Notes: generated by a model from the letters alone, not told the origin. A stretch of 64,000 nucleotides of DNA from an uncultured Thermoproteaceae archaeon (GCA_964575955.1 CAZNTG010000006.1:557364-621363); one strand, 5' to 3'. Shown: positions 10,976-22,074, numbered from the stretch's first letter. A program made the numbers and translations.

Positions 10976-12208
10976 CTATAATAGTTTTCTAGCTATTGTA
11001 AGTATGTTTCTTGCTAGTTCTCTCTTATGTATATTTTCAAACTTTCTTATTACTCCATTTCTATCTATGAGCAATACTGTATCTTTCTCAGTTTCAAAAC
11101 CTAGACCTTTAGAAACGTCATGTGCTATTACCATGTCTAGATCTAGGTCAAACATCCTTACTAGACTTCTCTTAACTAGATCTCTTTCTTCAACATTCCA
11201 CTCAGCTTTGAATGCAATTTTCAATTTTACATTATCTGCAGCCTCTATTACTTTTGGAGCTTTTCTTAATTTTAATTCAATAGAATCTACAACATCACTA
11301 TCAATCTTTTTATCAAATCTAGTCTCAAGTTCATAGTCTAGTGGTGCTGCTGTAAATATTGCAATATCAATTTTAACATTTCTACATATTTCACGAACTG
11401 TATTATACATATCTCTAGTTGTCTTAACTCTATATATATGTACATTGTATACATCTTTAATTAAATCTTCACACTTCTTTGATATATATCCACATACCAG
11501 GTATACCTCAGCACCTCTACATGATGCTTCTCTAGCAAAGTATATACCTGTAAGTCCACTACTCGGTGTAGATATGTATTTTATAGGATCAATATACTCT
11601 CTTGTAGAACCTGCAGTTATTAAAATTTTCAAATTTTCAAGATCAGGTTGAGCTGATAAATCTATAATTTTCTCAATAACTCTCTCAGGACTTGGAAGTT
11701 TTGCCTTATCTTCAACAATGTCAGGTTCTATAATATGTATATTTGATATTATTTTTAATTCTCTCAATACTTTCCTAGTTATAGCATTATTCCATAATGA
11801 GATATTCATTGCAGGTACAATCAACACTTTCTTATTAAATCCTAGACAGGACAATGCACATAGTGTTACTGGTGTATCACATATTCCAGAAGCTATCTTA
11901 CTCATAGTATTTAATGTACATGGATATATGCAGTATATATTACACCAATCTGCAAATTCTATATGTAATGCTCTCCCTCTTTCACAATTAGGGTAGTATA
12001 CATCATTATTAGAAGCCCATTTAAGTAAGTCTAAAGTTACAAATCTTAACCCACTTCTAGATACTACAAATCTAACATTAGCTCCATGCTTTCTAGCTAT
12101 TCTACATAGATCAACCGCTCTATATGCAGAACAGCTACCTGAAATTCCTATAAGTATGTTCGTATTTGATAATAAATTACTTAACCTCTCAATTTTCTCA
12201 ACATGCAC
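10976..12208 (-). CDS. coaBC: Bifunctional phosphopantothenoylcysteine decarboxylase/ligase
   Basis: GISGS, PAMN, ITAGSTREYIDPIKYIS..SSG, FKAE. Confidence 0.93.
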   Translation of the reverse strand: MHVEKIERLSNLLSNTNILIGISGSCSAYRAVDLCRIARKHGANVRFVVSRSGLRFVTLDLLKWASNNDVYYPNCERGRALHIEFADWCNIYCIYPCTLNTMSKIASGICDTPVTLCALSCLGFNKKVLIVPAMNISLWNNAITRKVLRELKIISNIHIIEPDIVEDKAKLPSPERVIEKIIDLSAQPDLENLKILITAGSTREYIDPIKYISTPSSGLTGIYFAREASCRGAEVYLVCGYISKKCEDLIKDVYNVHIYRVKTTRDMYNTVREICRNVKIDIAIFTAAPLDYELETRFDKKIDSDVVDSIELKLRKAPKVIEAADNVKLKIAFKAEWNVEERDLVKRSLVRMFDLDLDMVIAHDVSKGLGFETEKDTVLLIDRNGVIRKFENIHKRELARNILTIARKLL

Positions 12209-12230
12209 ACTATGTAGTTAGTAATGATGT

Positions 12231-13262
12231 TTATAACATTTTAGGTATTTTAATTCCAGGTCTAACTTTCCAGAATTTATATAACATCTTACCAATTTTA
12301 ACAAGACCTTCATATGTCATTTTCTTAATTTCAGAACTACTCTCTTTACTTATTGGATCGTAGTATGGCTTTTCTATATTTAACAGACCTGCTAGAAAGT
12401 TTGAAAATGCTTTCTCAATAGATTTTTTAGAAGATACACATTCTATCAAGATTATCAACTTTTTAATATATATTGACTGTAATAACATAGATAACATTTT
12501 ACCAACATCATATATAGCATCACAAGATATCATAAATTCTCCAATAAGATCTTCTCTATATATGTCTAATCCAAGTAAGAAAATTAATACTTCAGGATTG
12601 TATCTTTGAACTATTCTAAATGCGTAGTCTAATGTTGGAATTAAAATATCATCTCTAGAACCTGGAGGTATTATTATTGGAAGAACTTTCCATGGATTTT
12701 TCTTAATTCTCCTATATATTTTAGTATCAATATCACTCATACTGCATATTGATATGAAGAATATTTCTCTACCAAGATCTCTCTCATACATAACCTCATC
12801 ATGAATACCAATACCATAATGAACATCTAGAGATACTATACATGTCTTACCATTAAGCTTCTTAGCTATGTATGTTGTTAATGAAAATATGCTACACTTT
12901 CTTAAGAATGTTCTACCTGCCCATAAGTCTGGTGGATATGCGATACTTAGTACAATGTTTGTATCACTATTCAATATTGAGTAAACTTGACTATATATTA
13001 TCGACATGTACTTCTTGAAGTATTGTCTAGATTTTGCAGATATGTATAGATCTTCAGAATGAACTTCAGTGTATAGATTTCTTAATATTTTTAAATCTTG
13101 TTCTTCAACATTTTCAATCTTCTTAATATTTAATTCAACATTTTTAAACGATCTTACCTTAAGTATTGATTCTTCAAACCAGGATATCTTTGGTCTACTA
13201 GATATTATGTATGGTAAGTCTAGATTATCTAAATCTGATGGTAAGACTATACTAATACTCAT
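12231..13262 (-). CDS. Histone-deacetylase/arginase-fold protein, catalytic residues degenerate
   Basis: DVHYGIG and LGLD match HDAC metal ligands, but RPPGHHA is replaced by YPPDLWA and EGGY by ECVS. Confidence 0.6.
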   Translation of the reverse strand: MSISIVLPSDLDNLDLPYIISSRPKISWFEESILKVRSFKNVELNIKKIENVEEQDLKILRNLYTEVHSEDLYISAKSRQYFKKYMSIIYSQVYSILNSDTNIVLSIAYPPDLWAGRTFLRKCSIFSLTTYIAKKLNGKTCIVSLDVHYGIGIHDEVMYERDLGREIFFISICSMSDIDTKIYRRIKKNPWKVLPIIIPPGSRDDILIPTLDYAFRIVQRYNPEVLIFLLGLDIYREDLIGEFMISCDAIYDVGKMLSMLLQSIYIKKLIILIECVSSKKSIEKAFSNFLAGLLNIEKPYYDPISKESSSEIKKMTYEGLVKIGKMLYKFWKVRPGIKIPKML

Positions 13263-14539
13263 AATTTCATACTACATAGTGATGACTCAATCTTACCCTT
13301 ATATATTTCTGTAAGCTTATCTACAAGTCTAGATGTTGTATAGCTTAGTAAGAATTCTCTAGCTCTTTCTCTAGCATTCTTACTCATCTCATCTCTAACA
13401 TCAGGATGGTCTAGTAGATATTCTACACGTTTAGCAGCTCCATCAATATCTTCAGGACCGTTTACGTGAAATCCATCAATTCCATCTCTAACAACCCATC
13501 TCTGACCATATACTGCAGATGTTATTATTGGTACACCACCATACATAAACTCTATCTGTGTTAATCCTAGAGCTTCCATCTTACTCATTATGATGTTTAG
13601 GTAGCTCTCTTTGATTAGCTTAATCTTATCAATATCATCTAACTCACCTGTAATTGTAACATTTGGAAGATCTTTACTTTCTTCAACAACATCTCTCCAC
13701 TGATTACCAGGTCTTCCAGCAATTACGAAATGTACATCTTTTCTATGTTTTAACTTTCTAGCAACTTTAACTACAGCTAGTGGATTTTTCCTCTTCTCAA
13801 CTGTTCCAAGGTATGATACTATTTTAACATTTTCAGGAATACCAAACTTCTTTCTAAAATCTGAAGAATCTATCTCTTCAAGCTTCTTAACTTCATCATC
13901 ATCAACACCTGTAGGGTAGATAAATATCTGATCTTTCTTAGCACCCATCATTATCATATCCATAGCCTCTATAGGTGTTACACATAGTATTAGATCTGCA
14001 ACATTGAAAATTATTGGAAGAATAAGTCTATTCCACGCAATTCTATAAGACCTCTCATATACTCCATAGTATGTTGGATCTGGAGGTTGATAATGACTCA
14101 TATGACAGAAAATGAAATCTCTACAAGAGCCAGATAGTATTGATTCAGTTCTTCTCCACTGAACAAATTTTGCAACATCTTCAGGACCATTCCAAAGTGT
14201 TGAGTGTGTTATTAATGTGTTTATATTAAACTTATCAACAATCTCTATTAAAGCATGTATAAAGTCTTTAAACATTATTCTTCTAGGAGGCCAATTTACT
14301 GAATATGCCTTAACTCTTATAGTTGGAAGTTTTATATATGGGTCAGATTCAAAATAGATATAATTCCTATCTTCAAATTCTCCATCCTTAATTATAGGCT
14401 CATTATCATGATAGTTACTAGTTATCAAATATGCATCACATCCAAGACGTCTAAGCCACTTAACCATTCTCTGAGCTGCAAGTTCCTGTCCTTTTGAGTT
14501 GCTAGTTTGATACATTATTACTCCAATTGATAAATTCAT
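13259..14539 (-). CDS. GT4-family glycosyltransferase
   Basis: YLGTVEKRKN and EALGLTQIEFMYGGVP (EX7E) motifs. Confidence 0.9.
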   Translation of the reverse strand: MNLSIGVIMYQTSNSKGQELAAQRMVKWLRRLGCDAYLITSNYHDNEPIIKDGEFEDRNYIYFESDPYIKLPTIRVKAYSVNWPPRRIMFKDFIHALIEIVDKFNINTLITHSTLWNGPEDVAKFVQWRRTESILSGSCRDFIFCHMSHYQPPDPTYYGVYERSYRIAWNRLILPIIFNVADLILCVTPIEAMDMIMMGAKKDQIFIYPTGVDDDEVKKLEEIDSSDFRKKFGIPENVKIVSYLGTVEKRKNPLAVVKVARKLKHRKDVHFVIAGRPGNQWRDVVEESKDLPNVTITGELDDIDKIKLIKESYLNIIMSKMEALGLTQIEFMYGGVPIITSAVYGQRWVVRDGIDGFHVNGPEDIDGAAKRVEYLLDHPDVRDEMSKNARERAREFLLSYTTSRLVDKLTEIYKGKIESSLCSMKL

Positions 14540-14749
14540 AAATTATCTACAACATTTTAATTATAGGGTTTATATATTCTTACCCATGAATATGTTAATT
14601 ATTATTTTTCATAACTGCAATACAATTCACAAATATGAGACATATGTAAAATATTAGAAACATGTATAACATATCTGTAATCTTGAATAGTCATACTTCA
14701 GACTTAGCTAGCTTATAAATTATCTAAGTCTACTATTGTTAGGTAGCAT

Positions 14750-17035
14750 GTGAAGATTGAAGAATTACCAATATCTGATAAATTGAAGAAGTTGATTATT
14801 GAGGAGAGAGGGATAGTAGAACTATATCCTCCTCAAGCTGATGCTATACGTGCAGGTATTTTAAATGGTGAAAATGTTGTTTTAGCAACATCAACAGCAA
14901 CAGGAAAGACATTTATTGCAGAGTTAGTGCTAGTTCATTCAGTATTATCGAGAAGATGTAAAGGCGTTCTTTTAGTACCACTAAAAGCTTTAGCACATGA
15001 GAAATGTGAAGATTTGAAAATATATGAAAAGCTTGGTATAAAGATTGCTGTAACAACAGGAGATTACGAATCTCAAGATACGTGGCTTGAGAAATATGAC
15101 ATAATTGTAGCTACATATGAAAAATTTGATAGTCTTCTTAGACATAGAGCATCATGGTTGAAAGATGTTGATGTTGTAGTTATAGATGAGATACACTACA
15201 TATCTGATGATAAGAGAGGACCTATAATTGAGTCTATTATTGCAAAGTTGAGAATGTTGAATATGAATCCTCAAATTGTAGCTTTAAGTGCTACAATTGA
15301 TAATGCTGAAGAGATTGCTGAGTGGCTAGATGCTAGACTTGTAAGATCTAGTTGGAGACCTGTAAAACTTAGAGAGGGAGTGTATTATGATGGTACGATA
15401 TATTTTAAAGATGGTGAAAATGTCAGTGTTAGAAAGATTAGAGATCCTGTAACTGACTTAGTGATTGATGTTCTTGAAGATGAAGGTCAAGCATTAGTAT
15501 TTACTAACTCTAGAGCAAACACTGTAAAACTTGCAAATAGTATTGCACAGTTCATAGCTAGTTATAGTAAGAGATTGATAGATGTTGATGAAACTTTGAA
15601 AGTGTGTTCTAAAATTGATGAAGTTTCATCATCTAGACTCATAGCTGAAGAATTGAAGAGAGTTGTTAAGTATGGTGTAGCATTTCATCATGCTGGTCTT
15701 GAACATGATGTTAGGAAGGTTATAGAGAGAGCATTTAGAGATAGAATTTTGAAAGTTGTTATAGCTACAACAACACTTGCAGCAGGTGTTAATCTTCCAG
15801 CTAGGAGAGTAATAATTCATGACTATAGAAGATATGAACCAGGTATAGGGTATGAACCAATACCAGTATCAGAGTATAAGCAGATGGCTGGAAGAGCAGG
15901 AAGACCTAGATTAGACCCATATGGTGAAGCTATTCTGATAGCTAGGAGAGAAGACGAGATTGAGAAATTGATGGATTTCTACATAAATTCAAATCCTGAA
16001 CCTGTAATTTCAAAATTTTACAACGATAAAGCACTATCAACACACATATTAGCAGCAATTGCAGGTAGATATGTTGAAAATATTGAAGATATTTTAAAAT
16101 TTGTAGAATATACACTAGCAGCAAAACAGAAAAATCTAACTAGTGGTATATCATTAAGATTTCTAAAGGATAGAATTGAAAGGATTGTAAAGATGTTAGA
16201 AGATAGTGAATTAATAATTAATAAAGATGGTAAAATTAGACCAACAAAACTTGGATTAACAGCAGCATTAAACTATCTAGATCCAGAAACTGCTAAACTA
16301 TTTATAACAGGTATAAAGAATATAAGAAGTAATGTAGATATAGCATATCTATATGTTGTTATAAAATCTAGTGAAGTTCCAAAATTACGAATTAAGAAGA
16401 ATGAAGTTGAAAAATATATTTCAATATTGAAAGATTGGCATAAGATATTGCCATTTAATGTAGATATGGATGAGTTAGATAGAGATGAGATTAATCCAAT
16501 ATTAGAAGAATTGAAAACTCTATGCATGATACTTGACTGGATATCTGAATATCCTGAAGATACTATAGTAATGAAGTATGAAGTTGGACCTGGAGATTTA
16601 AGAATGTACTCAGATACTCTAGAATGGTTATTGTCAGCTGCAAGTCAGCTAGCTAAGGTATTGGGATTGAAAGATGTTGCAGAGAGATTTGAAATATTGA
16701 GAATTAGAGTTAGATATGGTATCAAGACAGAACTTGTAGAACTTGTACAAATTGAAGGTATTGGTAGAGCTAGAGCAAGGGCACTCTACGATGCAGGATT
16801 TAGAACTGTTGAAGATATAGCAATGTCAGATCCTAGAGAAATCTCTAGAAGAGTTAGAGGTATTGGTGAAAAACTTGCTAAATTGATAGTAGAGTCTGCT
16901 AGAGAATTACTAAAGAGAGGTTATATAAAAATACCAAGAGAGTATATAGATATTCAAATATCTAAAAGTGATAATGTGAAGATTGAGGATAAAACAAAAA
17001 GAAGAACAATACTAGATTACTTCAATGAAATTTAA
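14750..17035 (+). CDS. hel308: Ski2-like helicase Hel308/Hjm
   Basis: TATGKT, DEIH, SAT, FHHAGL, QMAGRAGR, HhH domain; C-terminal RTILDYF resembles a PIP box. Confidence 0.95.
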   Translation: MKIEELPISDKLKKLIIEERGIVELYPPQADAIRAGILNGENVVLATSTATGKTFIAELVLVHSVLSRRCKGVLLVPLKALAHEKCEDLKIYEKLGIKIAVTTGDYESQDTWLEKYDIIVATYEKFDSLLRHRASWLKDVDVVVIDEIHYISDDKRGPIIESIIAKLRMLNMNPQIVALSATIDNAEEIAEWLDARLVRSSWRPVKLREGVYYDGTIYFKDGENVSVRKIRDPVTDLVIDVLEDEGQALVFTNSRANTVKLANSIAQFIASYSKRLIDVDETLKVCSKIDEVSSSRLIAEELKRVVKYGVAFHHAGLEHDVRKVIERAFRDRILKVVIATTTLAAGVNLPARRVIIHDYRRYEPGIGYEPIPVSEYKQMAGRAGRPRLDPYGEAILIARREDEIEKLMDFYINSNPEPVISKFYNDKALSTHILAAIAGRYVENIEDILKFVEYTLAAKQKNLTSGISLRFLKDRIERIVKMLEDSELIINKDGKIRPTKLGLTAALNYLDPETAKLFITGIKNIRSNVDIAYLYVVIKSSEVPKLRIKKNEVEKYISILKDWHKILPFNVDMDELDRDEINPILEELKTLCMILDWISEYPEDTIVMKYEVGPGDLRMYSDTLEWLLSAASQLAKVLGLKDVAERFEILRIRVRYGIKTELVELVQIEGIGRARARALYDAGFRTVEDIAMSDPREISRRVRGIGEKLAKLIVESARELLKRGYIKIPREYIDIQISKSDNVKIEDKTKRRTILDYFNEI

Positions 17036-17789
17036 CATACTTGGACTAGGTGGATGGATATCACATCCTGCCTTAGATACAGTATCCATAGTTGTAGAGA
17101 TTGAAAATTTTAAAATATTGATAGATTGTGGAGAAGCAATATTGAAAAGATTGCATACTGCAGGTCTCAATATTGAAGATATAGATATACTAGTAGTGAC
17201 TCATAGTCATGGAGATCATTCATTAGGATTTCCAAGTATAGTATTGTGGTCTGCATATAGACAGAAGAAGATTAAATTAATAACACTTGAAGACACTTAT
17301 AAAGATCTATTAAAACTTCTTGAAGCAACACATATAGAACATCATAAAGATACTATTGAGTCAATATGTATAAAATCTGCTAAAGAACCTGTAGAAATAT
17401 TCTCAAATGAGAAGGTGAGAATTAAAGTTGTTGAAGTAGATCATACAATACCATGTATAGCAATTAGAGTAGAAGATACTCATGGTAGATCCATTGTCTA
17501 TAGTGGAGATACAAGACCTTGTGAAAGTATTGTAAAGTTAGCAAAGAACTGTGATGTATTGATATATGAAACATCTACAAAAAATTTAAAATGTAGAGAA
17601 CATGGTCATTCAACAGTTGATGATAGTCTTGAAATAGCATTGAAATGTGGATGTAAAATTCTAATACCAATACACTACTACACAACTTTCGACATAGTGT
17701 ATAAAATTCGTGATGATAATGGTGTTAATGTGTTAATACCTACACAATATGTTTGGTATGATGTTGATAAATTGTTAGAATCTATATAG
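17025..17789 (+). CDS. RNase Z-like metallo-beta-lactamase
   Basis: DCGE, THSHGDH, YSGDTRP, GHST, PIH. Confidence 0.82.
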   Translation: MKFNILGLGGWISHPALDTVSIVVEIENFKILIDCGEAILKRLHTAGLNIEDIDILVVTHSHGDHSLGFPSIVLWSAYRQKKIKLITLEDTYKDLLKLLEATHIEHHKDTIESICIKSAKEPVEIFSNEKVRIKVVEVDHTIPCIAIRVEDTHGRSIVYSGDTRPCESIVKLAKNCDVLIYETSTKNLKCREHGHSTVDDSLEIALKCGCKILIPIHYYTTFDIVYKIRDDNGVNVLIPTQYVWYDVDKLLESI

Positions 17790-18687
17790 GTCTTACTGAT
17801 ACATTCATGCTAAATTTTGTAGGTATTTGTCTTCTAACTTCACTAATAACTTTATCAAATACTTGTGTAGGTGTTAACAATATTACTCTATCAATAATGT
17901 TTAATCTCAATAATTTTGAAATTTTCTTAAGAGTTTTTGATAATATTGTTGGCATTATTGTTGCAGATTTTCTAATCTTCTTAACACCTATCTTTGAAAA
18001 ACCTACTAGGAATAAGTCGAAGACTGTGCTATATTCTATATGATTTCTTAAAGCTAGGTAACCTCTATCAACATATTTTCTCCATATTTCATATAGAGTT
18101 TCTTCATATATATTACATCTCATATTTATTCTATATCTAGCATGTTTGTGAAAGTAGTATTCTAAGTCATTTATGTCTAATATATTTAACAACTTATTAT
18201 TCTTCCATGACAATCTATCAATCTCTAGAAAGTATGCATTTAGACCTGTAGATTTAAGTCTACTCCATATATGGTATGCTACTTTATCATTTCTATTTGT
18301 TGTTAATATTAGAGGTAGGTACTTACCATATTGTTCAAGAACTAGATCTACTAAAACGCCATTAACAATAGGTTTAAAATGTACTGAATATCCTACTTTT
18401 GATAAATATTTACCTATTAGGAAATGTATTTGACGTTCTATTTGACCCCAACCTAGCATCTTCTCATACTTTCTAACATTTTCATAATATGTTCTATTTA
18501 GATCGGGTATTACTATCTGTGTGATATATCTTTCTAAAAATTCTCTACTAATCTTCAACTCCTGTATCTCTGATAGTATATTTTGTAGAATTGATCTCGG
18601 TATATCATCAAGCTTTATACTATACTTCTCTTCTAGTACTGTTAATATTGTTGTTAAAGCTTCTTGAATAGATATGTCACTCCTCAT
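17782..18687 (-). CDS. Hypothetical protein, possibly degenerate PD-(D/E)XK fold
   Basis: Long ORF; two segments of type 'YL...GY.V......VDL'; no clear catalytic ExK. Confidence 0.45.
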   Translation of the reverse strand: MRSDISIQEALTTILTVLEEKYSIKLDDIPRSILQNILSEIQELKISREFLERYITQIVIPDLNRTYYENVRKYEKMLGWGQIERQIHFLIGKYLSKVGYSVHFKPIVNGVLVDLVLEQYGKYLPLILTTNRNDKVAYHIWSRLKSTGLNAYFLEIDRLSWKNNKLLNILDINDLEYYFHKHARYRINMRCNIYEETLYEIWRKYVDRGYLALRNHIEYSTVFDLFLVGFSKIGVKKIRKSATIMPTILSKTLKKISKLLRLNIIDRVILLTPTQVFDKVISEVRRQIPTKFSMNVSVRPI

Positions 18688-18735
18688 TGCTACTACTTTC
18701 AGGTTTTCTCATGTAGACATGTTTTAAAAAGATAT

Positions 18736-19254
18736 CTATCTGAAAATTTCAGAAAGTAGGTGTTCCATTATCGGTATAATTATCCTCTCGATAGCAAGTT
18801 CGACAGCATCTGGAGATCCAGGTAGGCAGAATACTGCACATTCATCACATATGTATGCTCCAGCTCTACTCATTATAGCATGAATACCAATTCTCTCTTC
18901 ACTTAACCTTCTGAAGAGTTCTCCAAATCCTGGAAGTTCTCTACATATAGAAGAGACTGCATCTACAGTTCTATCTCTTTTAGAAGGTCCTGTACCTCCA
19001 ATAGTAATTATTATATTTGCGTTAAATGTTTTTGATAATACCTTTATATACGCTCTTACTATATCTTCATCATTTGGAATATATATTGGATTGTAAACTT
19101 TTATATTATTCTTCTTAAATATCTCGTATGCTTTTCTACCACTCTCATCTTCAATATTTGACGATTCTATAAGCATTCTAAATCTAGAATTACTAACTAC
19201 GAGTATTGCAACTCTCGGCTCAACCTTAACAATCTCATGTCTTGGTTTAAACAT
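18736..19254 (-). CDS. moaB: Molybdopterin adenylyltransferase MoaB/MogA family
   Basis: DESG, GGTG...RD.T, LPGFGELFR, SRA, LPGSP. Confidence 0.92.
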   Translation of the reverse strand: MFKPRHEIVKVEPRVAILVVSNSRFRMLIESSNIEDESGRKAYEIFKKNNIKVYNPIYIPNDEDIVRAYIKVLSKTFNANIIITIGGTGPSKRDRTVDAVSSICRELPGFGELFRRLSEERIGIHAIMSRAGAYICDECAVFCLPGSPDAVELAIERIIIPIMEHLLSEIFR

Positions 19255-19312
19255 TTAGATCATTAAGAAATCTCTAGTTATCTTAAAAATTCTGTCAATC
19301 AGCTACTTACTA

Positions 19313-20059
19313 ATGGAAATTCCATGTAGAGTAAATGCAATATTTATGGACTATGATGGAACTATAGCACCTGTCGATGTGTCTAGAGAAGAGTCTAGAG
19401 TATTTCCAGAAGTTGAGAGTGTTCTAGTAGAATTGTCAAAATATATACCACTCGCAATTGTAACAACAAAATCTTTCGCATTTATAAAACCAAGAACAGA
19501 AAAATTTGCACATGCATGGGCATGTTCTAATGGTGTTGAGATAGTATTGAAAGATGGTAGGAGAATAGTTCCCTGTGATGTATATGAAAGAGAGAGATTT
19601 ATGAAAGAAATTGTAACATATGCAAGAGAGAAATTACAAAACTATGATGTTATATTTGAAGAGAAGTGGGCAGGTACAACACTTGTAGGATTGTGTATTG
19701 ATTGGAGAATATCTAAAAATCCACCACCAAGACATATTATTGATGATATTATTTCAAAAGCTTTAGAGAAGGGTTTGAAAGTTATTAAATATGAAGGTCA
19801 CCCATTCATAGACATCTTCAGTGCTGCATATGATAAAGCATTTGCAGTTGAAGCATTGAAGAGACTTATGAATATTGAAGAACCAATAATGTATCTTGGA
19901 GATTCTGAAAATGATAATCCAGCCTTTGAAATAGTTTCAGTTCCTGTAGCAGTAATACATGAGAGAAATAGGAATTCACCACTTAAAGCTAAGTATAGAA
20001 TTGAGCAAAGAGATTTACCAAAACTTCTAAGACAGGTATTGGACTGTGTTAGAAAGTAA
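19313..20059 (+). CDS. HAD-IIB phosphatase (trehalose-phosphatase-like)
   Basis: DYDGT, DKA and GDSEND motifs. Confidence 0.85.
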   Translation: MEIPCRVNAIFMDYDGTIAPVDVSREESRVFPEVESVLVELSKYIPLAIVTTKSFAFIKPRTEKFAHAWACSNGVEIVLKDGRRIVPCDVYERERFMKEIVTYAREKLQNYDVIFEEKWAGTTLVGLCIDWRISKNPPPRHIIDDIISKALEKGLKVIKYEGHPFIDIFSAAYDKAFAVEALKRLMNIEEPIMYLGDSENDNPAFEIVSVPVAVIHERNRNSPLKAKYRIEQRDLPKLLRQVLDCVRK

Positions 20060-21434
20060 GTGCTTTATATAGTGTTGAAACGTCTTTAATATCTTCAATA
20101 TTTTTAACAATATTAACTATCTCATTAATCCTATCTCTAGAGTAGTATTGTTTTGAAAGTTTTATAAATTTATACTTGACATCTTCAAAAGACATAGGAT
20201 TCTTAGGATGTCCTAATGGATAGTCAATTCTACATTCAGCTTCTCTACCATCTTTCAATCTAACTCTAACCTTATTTGGTATTGCTTCAGGATATGTTCT
20301 ATCAATATCAGGATCTACATATATCTTAATCTTCTTCATTAAACTTAATATTTGAGGATCTCTAATCTTCTCAAATTCATAATGCTCAAGCCAGACTTCA
20401 CCATATATGAGTGATGTTGCTACAATCCATGGTAAACTATGATCTGCAGTCTCCTTAGTTTTTGGATCCCACTTCTCTGGATCTTTAACAATAATCTCAT
20501 AACCAACTCTAAATGTTCCAACTTCAATAAAGTCAACATCATCTACTGTGAAATTTCCAAGTTTACTTCTAATAACTTGACAAGCTTCTACAGCAGTTTG
20601 TGAATGTATTTCTACAGGATAGTGTTTTATTATTGTTTCACATACTTTGTATGGTTTTGGTATATTTTCTAGATCTTTTATAGGTTTTTCATCAATTTCA
20701 TTATTTAATAGTTGTTTTATAAAAGCCATCTCACCTCTAAATGGCTTATCAGGACCTGTAATACCTGATTCTGCAAGTATGCATGAATATACTGCATGTT
20801 TTACAGCATCAGCTGTTGCAAATGCTTTCCAATTACTAAGTTCTCCAACTCTAGATTGTCTCATTGCTGCATGTGCACATGCAGCGATAGATAGAGCTTC
20901 ACTAAGCTTCTTCTCATCTAGGTGAAGTAATTTTCCTACTGAGAGAGATGTTGCAATCGTAATATAGTTAACATGATCCCAACCATGAATTCTCAAACTT
21001 CCAAAATCACATAATCTACAGCCAATCTCATATGCAAGTGCTATACTTGTTATGAAAGTTTTACCATCTACATGTTTCATAGATGCTATAGCTAGTAATG
21101 TACCAATCATATCGCTTGGATGTAATGGCTCTTTTGATAGATATGTATCATTAAAATCTAGATATCTAACCATTCCAGTATTTAGAAAACAAGTCCACTC
21201 AATTGGTATTGATGTAGTACTAAACATGTATGGATAACATAGAGCATTACTACATGAAAATTTTTCAACAAGTCTCCTAACTTTAACTATTGGATCTGCA
21301 AAATATGATGGTACTGCAACACCAATACTATCTAATATTCTAAGCTTTATCTCATTAATAGTCTTATCAGGAATATCGTCATATTCTAGCTCAATTGCAT
21401 ACTTTACAAGTATTTTTGTAATATCATCTTTCAT
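20049..21434 (-). CDS. prpD: MmgE/PrpD family protein (2-methylcitrate dehydratase-like)
   Basis: RYLDFNDT, HPSD, GWDHV, LSNWK, TADHSLP, GHPKNP. Confidence 0.9.
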   Translation of the reverse strand: MKDDITKILVKYAIELEYDDIPDKTINEIKLRILDSIGVAVPSYFADPIVKVRRLVEKFSCSNALCYPYMFSTTSIPIEWTCFLNTGMVRYLDFNDTYLSKEPLHPSDMIGTLLAIASMKHVDGKTFITSIALAYEIGCRLCDFGSLRIHGWDHVNYITIATSLSVGKLLHLDEKKLSEALSIAACAHAAMRQSRVGELSNWKAFATADAVKHAVYSCILAESGITGPDKPFRGEMAFIKQLLNNEIDEKPIKDLENIPKPYKVCETIIKHYPVEIHSQTAVEACQVIRSKLGNFTVDDVDFIEVGTFRVGYEIIVKDPEKWDPKTKETADHSLPWIVATSLIYGEVWLEHYEFEKIRDPQILSLMKKIKIYVDPDIDRTYPEAIPNKVRVRLKDGREAECRIDYPLGHPKNPMSFEDVKYKFIKLSKQYYSRDRINEIVNIVKNIEDIKDVSTLYKALTF

Positions 21435-21500
21435 AGGTTGATGTATCTAATTGATAAGAGAGATAAACTTTACCTAGAAGGTTAAAATTTGACATTTAGA

Positions 21501-21869
21501 TTAGCCTGTACTCTCCCGTAGAATATCTCTATACAATCTTAACCATGTATATATACTTTCACCACCTGCAACAACCTTACTCTTCATCAATCTATAAGCA
21601 CTAGTGTACTTCTTAAATACTAGATATGCATAGTATGCATTCAATTTAGCACGAATAACATTAGTCCTGTTACTGGTAGCTTGAAGTAGTGCTATGTGAT
21701 AAGCATATCTCTCCTTCTTATTAGTAGAGGAAGAATCCCAAGCATTTACAAGCTTCTCTAAGAAGTTTATGAACTCGTCAATATGAGAGTCGTATGGCTG
21801 CTTAACATTCTTCTGTAAAATCTCTCTAATATACTCCTTCCAATCTTTCTCTGCACTAGAGGTTGACAT
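21501..21869 (-). CDS. Hypothetical protein
   Basis: 122-aa ORF with genome-typical codon usage and upstream TATA. Confidence 0.65.
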   Translation of the reverse strand: MSTSSAEKDWKEYIREILQKNVKQPYDSHIDEFINFLEKLVNAWDSSSTNKKERYAYHIALLQATSNRTNVIRAKLNAYYAYLVFKKYTSAYRLMKSKVVAGGESIYTWLRLYRDILRESTG

Positions 21870-21925
21870 TGATCAATAATTGAAAGTATAAGCTTAAAAG
21901 CTTTACCATAAACAAGAAACACAAG

Positions 21926-21975
21926 ATGATGAACACCGCCCTCACAGATACCATGAAGAACCACGCAAACACTGA
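21926..21975 (+). ncRNA. C/D-box guide sRNA
   Basis: ATGATGA-ACACCGCCCTCA-CAGA-TACC-ATGAAGA-ACCACGCAAACA-CTGA; two 12-nt guides; TATA-like element about 25 nt upstream. Confidence 0.9.
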
Positions 21976-22024
21976 AAGAAACATGTAGATACTAACTGTA
22001 AAATAGTTAGGAAGACACAAATAC

Positions 22025-22074
22025 TCAGACTAGGCTGAAATCTTCATTTCATCTGCATCGCCTGGGCTCATCAC
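22025..22074 (-). ncRNA. C/D-box guide sRNA (predicted 16S targets near E. coli 880 and 900)
   Basis: GTGATGA-GCCCAGGCGATG-CAGA-TGAA-ATGAAGA-TTTCAGCCTAGT-CTGA; guides complementary to conserved CGCCTGGG and AGGCTGAAA. Confidence 0.92.
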
